From positions 25,730 to 89,729 of IMG/VR virus record IMGVR_UViG_3300012956_000001: a stretch of 64,000 bases of DNA; one strand, 5' to 3'. Shown piece after piece: positions 19,097 to 29,239 of the stretch. Source of the stretch: a virus (lineage: Duplodnaviria > Heunggongvirae > Uroviricota > Caudoviricetes). The notes below the pieces were generated by a model. That model made no database searches. It worked only from the letters and a program-made list of their open reading frames with translations, and had not been told where the DNA came from. A program made the position numbers and the translations under genes. The first letter of the stretch is position 1, and the number at the start of each line of letters is the position of its first letter.

Positions 19097-19991
19097 GTTG
19101 TGCCCGGGATTGTAACGAAAGTGTACAATTGAACTGACCCCTTGACAGGCATTTCTGAGCCCTTATATTTCACATATCTTCAACAGGGAACGATACGATG
19201 GGCTTTCTTCTGATTCTTGGTTCGATGTTCGGTGGCGCGGTGGTCATCAGCTGGTTGTCTGACCTCGCCAGGGCACGAAAGGAGGCAGACCTCCAACATC
19301 AGTTGAACATCGTCAAGCTCGCCTTTGAGAAGGAGGCGGTTGACAAGGCTGTGACCGTCAAGGAGCTTAACCGTTGTATCTGTGGTGCCCCACTAGGAGC
19401 GTGTGATGATGAGTAATTGTTCTGAGTGTAACGACCTTGAAATCGATCTGAGCCGAGCGAACGCTCGAGCCGATGATGCCGAACACCGAGCGATGATGGC
19501 AGAGATGGATCTTCTCGCTGCCGAGCGGAGAATCCGAGAACTTGAACATGAGATTTTTGATCTCGAACGGCGTATCGAGCAGACTGATGACTGATTCAAT
19601 TGACGCCGAACAGGCACATCGCCTGGCCCTGCACTTCGAAGCCGAATATGGGCTCGCCAAGGGCTTGGAAGAGGCAACAGCCAGGCTATCAAAGAGCTGG
19701 ACCTTGGTGGCTCGCCGGCGTTTGGCTATGGCCATCGAGCTGCTCGAGAAGCGACTCGACAGCGTGCACACGATCACTTGACAACCTAATGGGAATGGGG
19801 TATATTCCCATTAACCAATAACCCAAGGTATCTGACGATGGCTACTCAGGATGACGCACAGCCAGTGACCAGCCAGGACGCCCCGGCACCTAGCCAGGCC
19901 ACGACACAGGTACCTTTTGACGAAGCTTGGGACGAGGCCGACTTGGAAGCCGAAGTGCGTCTCTTGCTTGAAATCGATTAAGGAGAATATC

Positions 19992-20225
19992 ATGCTTGAC
20001 TTTGATGATTTGAAGGTTCGTTCGGCTGAGCTCGAAGCCGAGGTTGGTGACGACGACGAGGCATATGTCTTGGGCGATTCGTTGCTTGATGAGCTTGAGG
20101 ACGACGAGCCTGAATTCGACACCGAAGACGAAGATGATTTCGTTGACGATGAAGACGAAGATGATGAGCGTGACGAAGATCCGCTCTATGAACCCGATTG
20201 GGACAGTGAGGATTACGAGAGCTAA
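19992..20225 (+). CDS. Extremely acidic small protein
   Basis: AAGGAG RBS; roughly 41 of 77 residues D/E by hand count. Confidence 0.75.
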   Translation: MLDFDDLKVRSAELEAEVGDDDEAYVLGDSLLDELEDDEPEFDTEDEDDFVDDEDEDDERDEDPLYEPDWDSEDYES

Positions 20226-20422
20226 TGCTTGCACCTATTCTCTTAATCCTGTGTCTAACGATGGTAGGCTGCAATTCTGCCACGTTGCCTCCAACCGATA
20301 AAGAGCAATGCGAACAGTCCGGTGGAATTTGGTCTAATACCGCTCGGTCTGAATGGGTGATTGTTGACTCCACAACGATCAGTCACAGACTTTTGCCTGG
20401 TTGTCTATCTGTTGCCAAATAA
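20225..20422 (+). CDS. Small lipoprotein
   Basis: Lipobox MVGC after hydrophobic signal. Confidence 0.6.
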   Translation: MLAPILLILCLTMVGCNSATLPPTDKEQCEQSGGIWSNTARSEWVIVDSTTISHRLLPGCLSVAK

Positions 20423-21381
20423 CCCAATATTGGGTATATTCAATTATGAAATTCACCCCGGCCAAAAAGACTGAACGCTCTGCCTTGGCCAATCATAAGG
20501 ATTGGCACCTGACACTTGCTCGGCAGGGCACTAAGGTATTGATCAAATGCACGTGTCATCTATCCATCGATCCCAAGAGTGATCTCCGATGGGTGGAAGA
20601 ATCTCAGCTGTTGGGGGACCAATGAAGCTTCGTGTTGCAGTGTCCAATTGGATGGCGGTTCGATGCTATCGCATTGGCGCGTGGTTTGATGAGGCATCTA
20701 AGCGCCTGTCTCTTTGTCCCGATTGTGGTCGGAGTCGGTACTATGGTAAGCCCTGTGAGCCCCCGGCCTGTGGGTCGGTATCAGGCGATCAACTTGCCTG
20801 GCGACAGCAACTAGTGTAGATTTAGGAACTTCAACGGGAGCTCCAAATGTCGGATCGTAAGCGTACCTACACGTTCAAGGTGGAATGCCCCATCCCCGAT
20901 ACGAAGACGGGCGAGACGCGGCAGATGACCACGTTTGTCTATGACGTGCAGGGTATCGGGAATGCACGTCGAATCTGGTTCGCCAAGTATCTCAAGACGG
21001 CCCGGAAGAACGGCCTTCGTGGCTCGAAGCGTGAGTTGAATGAGTCGCTCGCCCTACGTATTACTCGGCAGGCAAAGACTACCTTGCTTGCCAAGTAACC
21101 CTCAATCAACTATATTGGATATATGAAAATCACGAACTATGACGAACTGGATGAGTTGTACGATGACTCTCCGGCCGTCGAACGGATCAAGGCCAAGGGA
21201 GCGCCGATCAACTCCCAGCACAACCTCCAGCGTCAGACGGAGAACGCGATCAACCGGCATCGTCGTCAGGCGCGGCGTGCCAAGGATCGGATGCGGAATG
21301 GCGACGAGTAAGGACGGTGTTCGTGGGCTAGGGGCGGTTGGTCTGTTCCTGCTCATTATCCTCTTTTTCCTGTGGTGAATT

Positions 21382-21687
21382 ATGCGGCTGTACCTTGATG
21401 ATGTGCGACCGACGCCCGAGGGGTTTGACCTTCGGGCGTACACGGCCCAAGAGGCGATTGCCTATCTCAAAGCGGGCACGGTCACCTTTATCAGCTTTGA
21501 CCACGATCTCGGACCACCTGAGGCGGGCACGGGCTATGATGTGGCCTGTTGGATCGAACTGGCCGCGGTCGGCGAGGATATCGTTGTCCCCACTTGGGAC
21601 GTACATTCCGACAATCCGGTTGGACGAATGAACATCATTCGGGCGATGCAGAGCGCCGAAAAGTGGGAACAGCAATATATCGATTAA
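21382..21687 (+). CDS. Cyclic-phosphate-processing receiver-like domain protein
   Basis: LYLDDVR.TP, ISFDHDLG, TGYDVA, VHSDNPVG. Confidence 0.8.
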   Translation: MRLYLDDVRPTPEGFDLRAYTAQEAIAYLKAGTVTFISFDHDLGPPEAGTGYDVACWIELAAVGEDIVVPTWDVHSDNPVGRMNIIRAMQSAEKWEQQYID

Positions 21688-22646
21688 TTGAGTTGTAAAC
21701 AAACGATAACCCCTTGACTGGCAACGGTTGAGGGGTTATCTTTTGGCATCCCTAAGATGGAGGCGTGACGCCTAATGCTAGAATTCCTTGTCGGCTGGTT
21801 GGTCGTTGCCATTTTCTTTGTGGCCGCTGTCTGGACCGCCGTGGCTCGCTTCCTGTTCTCCGCCAAACCTATTGAGGTCACAGATGATGAAAATCTATCT
21901 TCGTGAGTTGTTCACCCGCTGGTATACATCCCTCGTCTCCGCTCTGCCTAAGGTAGGGACCAAAACGTGGGTGTAGCTCGCCACCATCTTCCTAACGTCA
22001 CGCCCGGTCCACCAGCGAATAATCGGTCACAAGCCAACTCGCCTAATGCCAATTGGACGCCGGTGCCCCCAGTCCCCGTGCCAGGTGGCTTCACGCCAAA
22101 GTATGGCATCCGAGCTGCTCAAGCCTATGATGATATCGTCGCTGACTATTGGAAAGAGAAGAAGCGAGCAGACAAAATCATGCGGATATATCTGATTTCT
22201 ATGATGATCCTGGCAATGGGGGTCACGACCGCGGCCTATCTTCTCCAGCGTGCTGGGTGACCTATGGGTGCATTTCGACTTACCCAAGCTGAGAAGACTG
22301 CAGAGTACCATGCTCAGCAAGAACTGCTTCGCCGCAAACAGCAAGCTACTATGCAAGCGTATCAAGAAGAATCTCTGGCTCGTGAAAGGCTTCGCAAGGC
22401 ACGAAATCAGACAATCCTTCTTCGTATTGGTATGGGATTTGGTGTGCTGGTGCCTCTGATCGGACTGGCGAGGATTCTAGGCTGGTTGGGCTAGGCGAGC
22501 AGAAGCAGCCGGCTTGATGCATCATCAGACTCATCGATGAATATTTAGGACCCAAAAAAGAACTTTTCGCGTTTTGACCCGACCTAGTGCGTTTTGGTGG
22601 GCGACAAGGGTAAAATCACAAATAACAATAGTAGAAAATTACTAAA

Positions 22647-23273
22647 ATGATACCATCGATATTTCCACCACGTTTGTATTGTAGGGTATATGACACCTGG
22701 CGTCATCTATCCCCTCTTAGGTTTGTATCGTTTCATGGCGCATGTGAAATAGAATGCCCACAGTGCAAGATGATGACGGTAGTTGGTATGCCAAATGGGT
22801 ATAAACAAACGGTTGGATCGGCACATAGTATTATCTATGCAACCGAGTATACCCGGTGGTACAATAGTGGGTTGCCCGAAAATTATGATTGTACAGAACA
22901 TATGTTATGGACAGTTAGGTTTGATAAGCGAGAACATCTAGCTCTCAAAATAGGTACATTAGTTCGACCATTGTTTACAATTAATACACCCCCACCATAT
23001 GACCCTATCGTGACAGGCATTCAAGAAGCGTTTATATCAGTCCCTTTGACGAAGGATGTATTGATAACTGAGACTCTAGCACACACCACAAATATTCATA
23101 ATGTATGGGGCAATGTTCGTGGGTATGGCCTTATGACCGCCGATGATGTAACCGACTTTAAAAAGTGGTACGCGCCGTACAATTTACAAATTTGGTGGAA
23201 AGAACCCATTCATGCACCGTCTAATAATATAACGTATTATGGCATGACCATTCGGGACGAGAATATACTATGA
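22647..23273 (+). CDS. Zn-finger paralog array, member 1 (unknown function)
   Basis: YC..W, CPQC, H..YATEYTRW, GTLVRPLF, GIQEAFI, YNLQIWWKEPIH, YYGMT. Confidence 0.8.
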   Translation: MIPSIFPPRLYCRVYDTWRHLSPLRFVSFHGACEIECPQCKMMTVVGMPNGYKQTVGSAHSIIYATEYTRWYNSGLPENYDCTEHMLWTVRFDKREHLALKIGTLVRPLFTINTPPPYDPIVTGIQEAFISVPLTKDVLITETLAHTTNIHNVWGNVRGYGLMTADDVTDFKKWYAPYNLQIWWKEPIHAPSNNITYYGMTIRDENIL

Positions 23274-23908
23274 TAAACTCATCGATCTATCCACATCATG
23301 TATATTGTGATTCGTCTGAATTCTGGTACCGGACTCCGCCCCAATCGGTTTCACCACACGTATCAATGCGGATAGAATGCCCGGGTTGTCATTCGGTATA
23401 TTTTAGAAACAGCTTTGTGGGCGAGTATCATTCATTGGTTGGAGTACACCATAAGATCGTGTATGCTACTGAATATACCCGATGGTCTATCTCATCATCA
23501 CAAGGGCATGAAATGCACACCGACTGGTCGATTAACAACAATTGGAACATTCCTATCACGTTGGGGAAAGGTGAATTGGTTCGACCATTGTTTATGATGC
23601 CATTGCACAATAAGGTTGATGGTAGTGGTCCAGAAGGTATTCAAGAATCGTTTATTCCGGTGCCGTTGACCAAAGAGTTGCGACTAACACCAGACGATGT
23701 AACAATTTGTAGTATTCGTAGCTTTTGGGGCAATTTGCATGAGTCCGGCCACGGATCACTTCCAATCGTGTCAGCAGAACAGGCGCCGGAGATCCGACGG
23801 CAACACGATCCGTATAACTTGGAAATATGGTGGAAGCGGCCCATTTACCTCGTCAAGCATAACTTGATTTATTGTGGTATGACCCTTCGTGACGACCCAA
23901 GATCATGA
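23270..23908 (+). CDS. Zn-finger paralog array, member 2
   Basis: Same motifs; ATGA overlap. Confidence 0.8.
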   Translation: MINSSIYPHHVYCDSSEFWYRTPPQSVSPHVSMRIECPGCHSVYFRNSFVGEYHSLVGVHHKIVYATEYTRWSISSSQGHEMHTDWSINNNWNIPITLGKGELVRPLFMMPLHNKVDGSGPEGIQESFIPVPLTKELRLTPDDVTICSIRSFWGNLHESGHGSLPIVSAEQAPEIRRQHDPYNLEIWWKRPIYLVKHNLIYCGMTLRDDPRS

Positions 23909-24549
23909 AACTAGAACATCATTTATATTGCACGGTAGATAATATGTGGCGACTGATGCCGCAGACCCCACCACTTTGTTGGAACTGTCGGCACGACGAT
24001 TCATCTCTTTGTGACGAAGCGACAGGGGAACTCGTCACGAATGTTAAACTTAACGAATATGCACTGTACGATACGACACCACGTTCATTGGTATCGGCGA
24101 GCGGCGTCTCACATGTGTTTAATGCAGCACAAACATATACCCAATGGCGTTCAGAGCTTGGCATATTCCAGCAAACAACAGTGGATCGTCACGCTGAATG
24201 GATACGAAAAAATAGGTACACACATTATGATGTATTAGTGGATGGTTGGGTCGTTCCCGCCACCACATCGGTACTACCAATCTTTTCGTATCATTCTGTT
24301 GACGGGTCAACGGCACATACGCCATTGTATCAGTTGCGACACCGATATACGTTCAGAGATTACAAGTTTAATTTGCATGATGCCTCGATTATTCGTTTGC
24401 CGCGGGATGAAACTGGTACCATGTTGAAGAAGCCACGTTGGGCAGAAATATGGTTTCATGACCCCATTCATATGCCATCACAATATATGACATATCACGG
24501 CATGACCGTCGAAATGACATATATTATTAACCCACAGATGAACATATGA
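23905..24549 (+). CDS. Zn-finger paralog array, member 3
   Basis: YC..W, CWNC, YTQW, VLPIF, EIWFHDPIH, YHGMT. Confidence 0.8.
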   Translation: MKLEHHLYCTVDNMWRLMPQTPPLCWNCRHDDSSLCDEATGELVTNVKLNEYALYDTTPRSLVSASGVSHVFNAAQTYTQWRSELGIFQQTTVDRHAEWIRKNRYTHYDVLVDGWVVPATTSVLPIFSYHSVDGSTAHTPLYQLRHRYTFRDYKFNLHDASIIRLPRDETGTMLKKPRWAEIWFHDPIHMPSQYMTYHGMTVEMTYIINPQMNI

Positions 24550-25211
24550 ATGATAACGGCTATCCAATCAGATACTATTGTAGCAAATATAACACATGGT
24601 ATCTCGTGGAAAATACCACCCTGCCGCGTGGCAAGGAATATGTGTGTCCGGGGTGTTGTTACATTGCACGGCCTGGCATACAAATGGGACCGTGGTATCT
24701 GTATCATATCAACGATATGGGAAATGGTCACAAATTGGCTCTAGCGACGGAATATACTCGGTGGGCGCCAAATCCGTTACCCACAATGTATAAGGCGTAT
24801 TCGCATAAGGATTGGACAATTTACACCAATGTTCTCAAGTCAGGCGACAGAATGTTCTTACCCAAAGGCACCTTAGTTCGACCGTTGTTTCGTATGGGTG
24901 TGGGTATGGTGCCGGGCACCGCGAACGTATCGAATATTGCTGGTATTCAAGAAGCATTTATCCCGGCACGGTTGACGCGTGATATTCTAGTAAAACATAT
25001 GGTTGCAAATATATCACCTATCGATGGCCGCTGGGGCAATGCAGCCGGTCATGGCCGTATGCCAGACTCGTATGACGAACCGAATACTGTTGATGCTACA
25101 GCCAATATGCATGACTCATATAATATGCAAGTGTGGTGGTATGCGCCGATTTATTCTATCGAAGATCGGGTGACGTATTATGGCATGACTGTTTGTAAGT
25201 TAGACGAATAA
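24546..25211 (+). CDS. Zn-finger paralog array, member 4
   Basis: YC..W, CPGC, ATEYTRW, GTLVRPLF, YYGMT. Confidence 0.8.
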   Translation: MNDNGYPIRYYCSKYNTWYLVENTTLPRGKEYVCPGCCYIARPGIQMGPWYLYHINDMGNGHKLALATEYTRWAPNPLPTMYKAYSHKDWTIYTNVLKSGDRMFLPKGTLVRPLFRMGVGMVPGTANVSNIAGIQEAFIPARLTRDILVKHMVANISPIDGRWGNAAGHGRMPDSYDEPNTVDATANMHDSYNMQVWWYAPIYSIEDRVTYYGMTVCKLDE

Positions 25212-25215
25212 TCAT

Positions 25216-25866
25216 ATGAACTACATTAATCTGTTTGTACAATGTGGTCTAAGTAGAAATTGGCGGTCAGCCGGCTGGCTCTCCGAGAATCATCCACTTA
25301 CCTGTCCGAGCTGTGATTATAAAATTAACTACGACGCCATAACGCTTCTGTATGATTGGCATCCTACGTCAATGGCGGTTGTGACTTCGGGACATTGCTT
25401 CGTATCGGGAGCGGTCTATAATAGATGTCGAATTGATACGTGGCATCCGACGCTTAATGCAATTCGTGACACGGCAATAGCCGAACGACTATTTGGCGAT
25501 TTTGATCATTTGTATATTCCACAAGATACACCAGTACGACCGCTCTTTCTATTAGATGATTCATCGATGGCAAAAAGTATGGGTCTCGTCGCGCCGTTAG
25601 AAAGTATTATGCCCGTTCGATTGAATAAACCGTTTGTGAGTGATCCGCGAACGGATTATGTAACACAAATTTCGGGCATTTGGCAACCGGGTAATGTGGT
25701 TACACAAAAATTGCCCGATATTGAAAATCAAATGAATCAAACATTACAAGAGTTTAATATGCAAATTTGGTGGAAAGAACCAATTCATTCGGATCAGTAC
25801 CACGCGACCTTTTATGGTATGACTGTCCGAGCATCGTCTGTACAAATTTACACACTGAGCTGGTAA
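25216..25866 (+). CDS. Zn-finger paralog array, member 5
   Basis: QC..W, CPSC, VRPLF, QIWWKEPIH, FYGMT. Confidence 0.8.
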   Translation: MNYINLFVQCGLSRNWRSAGWLSENHPLTCPSCDYKINYDAITLLYDWHPTSMAVVTSGHCFVSGAVYNRCRIDTWHPTLNAIRDTAIAERLFGDFDHLYIPQDTPVRPLFLLDDSSMAKSMGLVAPLESIMPVRLNKPFVSDPRTDYVTQISGIWQPGNVVTQKLPDIENQMNQTLQEFNMQIWWKEPIHSDQYHATFYGMTVRASSVQIYTLSW

Positions 25867-25871
25867 ATCCT

Positions 25872-26513
25872 ATGTTACGTCCTGCTACGATATACTGTCA
25901 TAATGCGTCCGATGGTCCGTGGGCACAGCTTGGGTGGTTGAATCCACCGATGGCCACCCCCGGCGCCGGCGGCTTATGTCCAAAATGTAAAAGTATGTTA
26001 ATGGTTGATACCTTTACGAAGACAGAACTTACTGATCACATTGATAGTGGTCACACTGCGGTATATGCATCATTGTATAGTCGATGGTCAAGCAAAATAG
26101 AAACAAAAGACGAATATCCAATGTCCAAATTGGTACATCACGAACATTGGATGCATGCAAATAAAGACCGACAGATCATGTTGAACCGTGAATTGATGTT
26201 GCCTCGCGGTGCACGATGTAGACCCATTTTTAGCATGCACGCCGATAGTGAAAGTCTCGCAGAATCATTTTTCTCTATGCCAGTAAAAAACGACATACTA
26301 ATATCAGGTCTGTTACATCGACTTACACGTATTTCTGGTATATTTGATGTGACTGTAGGCGATCACCGTGTAATAACCGACCACAATGACTTTAATATAG
26401 AAGTATGGTGGAACAAACCAATCGTTCATGATATTGAACCGGGCGACGGCGCACTATTATTTCATGGCATGACGATTCGTGAAGAAAACTTAACAATACC
26501 ACCGAGACTATAA
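25872..26513 (+). CDS. Zn-finger paralog array, member 6
   Basis: YC..W, CPKC, YSRW, CRPIF, EVWWNKPI, FHGMT; ATG 25872 preferred. Confidence 0.8.
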   Translation: MLRPATIYCHNASDGPWAQLGWLNPPMATPGAGGLCPKCKSMLMVDTFTKTELTDHIDSGHTAVYASLYSRWSSKIETKDEYPMSKLVHHEHWMHANKDRQIMLNRELMLPRGARCRPIFSMHADSESLAESFFSMPVKNDILISGLLHRLTRISGIFDVTVGDHRVITDHNDFNIEVWWNKPIVHDIEPGDGALLFHGMTIREENLTIPPRL

Positions 26514-26516
26514 TCA

Positions 26517-26921
26517 ATGATTGATAAATTGACTCTTCGTGATTGGTGTAAACGAGAAACTCTTGTACCATATGATATGGTATTTTCCAAACGAGCCGAT
26601 GTGGATGATGATTGGGATGGTATGTTGTGGAGATTGAATCCTCATACAGCGGTATATCCCATTCATATCATAACACAAGACGATCAATTAATGTGTCAAA
26701 TACAACATCCAATTGAAATTTCCAAAGAATATTTTTGTCATGATGCATTGTTATACGACACCACAAAATTTCTAACTTCGCCGAATTATCTTGCATATCA
26801 TTTTTCGTCGGTAACATTCAAGAATAATAATTACGTGGTTGGGTTTATTGTTTCCGGTCACTATCTCGATGCACACACCTATTTGCCCGATGTACACTAT
26901 AATGGAGATGCTGAATGTTAA
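26517..26921 (+). CDS. Hypothetical, possible distant PxGxxVxP family member
   Basis: LNPHTAVYPI...YVVGFIV. Confidence 0.6.
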   Translation: MIDKLTLRDWCKRETLVPYDMVFSKRADVDDDWDGMLWRLNPHTAVYPIHIITQDDQLMCQIQHPIEISKEYFCHDALLYDTTKFLTSPNYLAYHFSSVTFKNNNYVVGFIVSGHYLDAHTYLPDVHYNGDAEC

Positions 26922-27517
26922 ATCTATCTGAGTCTAATTCACAATCGCCGACTCTTCGTGGTGTGTTGCGAGATGTTCGATCTATGCCGCCAGCGGAACG
27001 ATTGTTGTTTGTAAAAACAGCATTGTGCCCATGGCAATCCACCAAGGATAATGTAATCATGTGGGCGAAGATCATCGGTACATTTCTTGTTCTTATTGTC
27101 GCCGGTGTTGGGTTGAACTCACATCTAGTATATGGACCCACCGAAGTATTCTCGGCGTTCATCGGCCGTATATTTTTGAGCGTGTTAATCGGTTATACGA
27201 CAGTCTCGTACATGATTATCGAACTTGGTAAGGGATTGCGAGATACAATACAACACGAACGTCGAAAGCATGTTAAGGAAATGGAAGCTGCTATTGATGC
27301 CCTTGGTAAGCAATTGTTAGGCCGACTACAAGAGTCGTCTGGCCGAACCGACATCAATGCCAATCCGATTAGCATGGCCGCAGCGGCACTTGATGCTGCC
27401 GATGTGAGCCGTACACGACGAAAGACCGACAATCCACTTCGATTGGCACTAGATGGTACGTTACGCCCAGAAGATATTGCACCAGATCCAATCGATGATG
27501 ACGAGGAGAAGTTCTAA
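26915..27517 (+). CDS. Membrane protein with two TM segments
   Basis: Two hydrophobic helices then coiled coil. Confidence 0.7.
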   Translation: MLNLSESNSQSPTLRGVLRDVRSMPPAERLLFVKTALCPWQSTKDNVIMWAKIIGTFLVLIVAGVGLNSHLVYGPTEVFSAFIGRIFLSVLIGYTTVSYMIIELGKGLRDTIQHERRKHVKEMEAAIDALGKQLLGRLQESSGRTDINANPISMAAAALDAADVSRTRRKTDNPLRLALDGTLRPEDIAPDPIDDDEEKF

Positions 27518-27518
27518 T

Positions 27519-28064
27519 ATGGCAATGCCAACAAGTCAACAGAATAATCATGCCGAACTTCTTAAAAAGAAAGTGTTTCTGGCTAAGGAATTGGGCAGAA
27601 TCGATTCTGAGTTACATGAGGTAGAACGTCAACTCACATTAAGCGGTGGATTCAATAGAGTGAATCCGCCCACGATATCGCATGTTACTGCCAAACCAGA
27701 AGACGGTGCAATGACCGATCACTTTTTTGGTTCACTTATGACAGATAAAAATGAATTCGACCAAATGCCCCACAACACTGCGGTCTTATTACTGCCGGGT
27801 GATAAAGTATTTCCGGTTAAAAAAGACGACTCAAGCGTTGCGGTCTATATCAAGCCCGAAGTAACATGGACAAAACATACGTTGTTACGAACCTCAGCGT
27901 GCACCAGTATGAAAATTCCACACATCGTTACCGATGATAAAGGTACGACAACTGGTATAACAAACGATAAAACGCAAATGTGGATGCTTCCGTATAACGT
28001 AGCCGGTTATCTGGGGGTACTGGTATACCCACTTGACAACTCACGAATTGTGAGATTGCCATGA
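27519..28064 (+). CDS. Hypothetical, possible distant PxGxxVxP family member
   Basis: LLPGDKVFPV...YLGVLVY. Confidence 0.6.
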   Translation: MAMPTSQQNNHAELLKKKVFLAKELGRIDSELHEVERQLTLSGGFNRVNPPTISHVTAKPEDGAMTDHFFGSLMTDKNEFDQMPHNTAVLLLPGDKVFPVKKDDSSVAVYIKPEVTWTKHTLLRTSACTSMKIPHIVTDDKGTTTGITNDKTQMWMLPYNVAGYLGVLVYPLDNSRIVRLP

Positions 28065-28621
28065 GTGGTGGAACGCCGTTGTCAGGAGAACTCATAAATT
28101 ACATTGTGCAACATGGTAAATTGCCTGAAATATCGGCCGTCACGTTTTCCGAAGAACGCGCGGATGAGTTTTTGCATATTGTTCTGGACATTATGGTACC
28201 AAGAACATGGAAATCTACAGAAGCTTTGTATACCGATAGTTTAGATTTTATAGATGATCCAGACACTATAAAACAAGTCTTGGAGTATAACAAATTAGCC
28301 AACGCAAAAATCAATCTCAAAAGATGTTCGTATCAAATACCAGAAGGTGCTGTAACATTCCCGGTATGTAAAATTACACCAGCTGATCAACCAACTTACT
28401 TTAGACGTATCGAACCAAAAAAGCTAAGCAAGGCGTGGATCATATCAGATTATTCGTATATTTTTCCCGTGCGACATTCAGAGGTTAATGATAATGGCAG
28501 AGATCCCAAGATTATATTTGTAGATTTTGGTGCGGAGTATGACGTACAAGAAAACAAGTTCGGTCGCGGGTCGGTGATAGGTTTGTGTACACATATTTCG
28601 AATCTAAAGATTACACTTTAG
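28061..28621 (+). CDS. Hypothetical, possible distant PxGxxVxP family member
   Basis: IPEGAVTFPV...VIGLCT. Confidence 0.6.
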   Translation: MSGGTPLSGELINYIVQHGKLPEISAVTFSEERADEFLHIVLDIMVPRTWKSTEALYTDSLDFIDDPDTIKQVLEYNKLANAKINLKRCSYQIPEGAVTFPVCKITPADQPTYFRRIEPKKLSKAWIISDYSYIFPVRHSEVNDNGRDPKIIFVDFGAEYDVQENKFGRGSVIGLCTHISNLKITL

Positions 28622-28657
28622 TAGAACATCCATCAACACCTAGAAAATTGATACTTA

Positions 28658-29077
28658 TTGTCAGGTTATGTCTCCGTAGATTGGAACACTGCAATAATGA
28701 CAATTTCAACTATAGATCCAAATGTACTAGCGGGCATCGCTGCCGCCGGTGGTGCAATTGTGATTAAAATTGTCGAGAAGTGGATGTCTAAAGACACCGA
28801 GGATGAAGCAGAAGCAAAAAACATCCGATCAGAACTACGAATGGAAATTCAACGGCTACATGATGAAAATATTCGATTGGAAAAGGACAACCAGCAATGG
28901 CGACACAAATATTGGGAGCAAAAAAATCTGCATGATTCGGATGAAGTGGAAATTACATCACTTCATGCTCTTAAAGAGGAACGAATTAAAGAAATAGAAG
29001 ATTTAGAAACCGTAGTAAAGCAACTCAATATAGATGTAAGCAAATTGCGTGATCGACTTAAAAATATAATTGAGTGA
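28658..29077 (+). CDS. TM + coiled-coil protein
   Basis: N-terminal TM then long coiled coil; start uncertain. Confidence 0.6.
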   Translation: MSGYVSVDWNTAIMTISTIDPNVLAGIAAAGGAIVIKIVEKWMSKDTEDEAEAKNIRSELRMEIQRLHDENIRLEKDNQQWRHKYWEQKNLHDSDEVEITSLHALKEERIKEIEDLETVVKQLNIDVSKLRDRLKNIIE

Positions 29078-29239
29078 TACGACTATGACGGTTAATGTTG
29101 ACAATCCTAAATCTAAATTACAACAACTTGCAAAGCGTCATCTATGGTGGATGGCGCCCATTTGCATCATCATTCCACTGAGCGTGCTGTCGGGCGATCC
29201 TGTTAATCCGACTGTCGCGTATATAGGAACCACTGGCAT

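Larger units (their letters stand above)
37..19169 (+). repeat. Dispersed early-promoter module: TTGTAACGA(A) box + sigma70-like promoter (17 forward copies)
   Basis: Box starts at 37, 3485, 4843, 5963, 7179, 7834, 8554, 9337, 11109, 12431, 12878, 13608, 14173, 15077, 16964, 17608, 19110. Each is followed by TTG(A/C)C-N16/17-TATATT (TAAGTT at 3526) and usually preceded by a GC-rich hairpin and a C or G run. Variant boxes at 10002 and 10027. Confidence 0.9.

Noticed and set aside
37-19119. Repeated TTGTAACGAA as a CRISPR array
   Set aside because: Only ~10 bp, irregularly spaced hundreds to thousands of bp apart with genes in between; no cas genes seen
37-19119. Modules as integron attC cassettes
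   Set aside because: Box does not fit the RYYYAAC/GTTRRRY pair, each unit has its own promoter, and no integrase is in the window
22647-26513. Diversity-generating retroelement behind the paralog array
   Set aside because: No reverse transcriptase and no near-identical TR/VR pair seen; divergence spans whole genes
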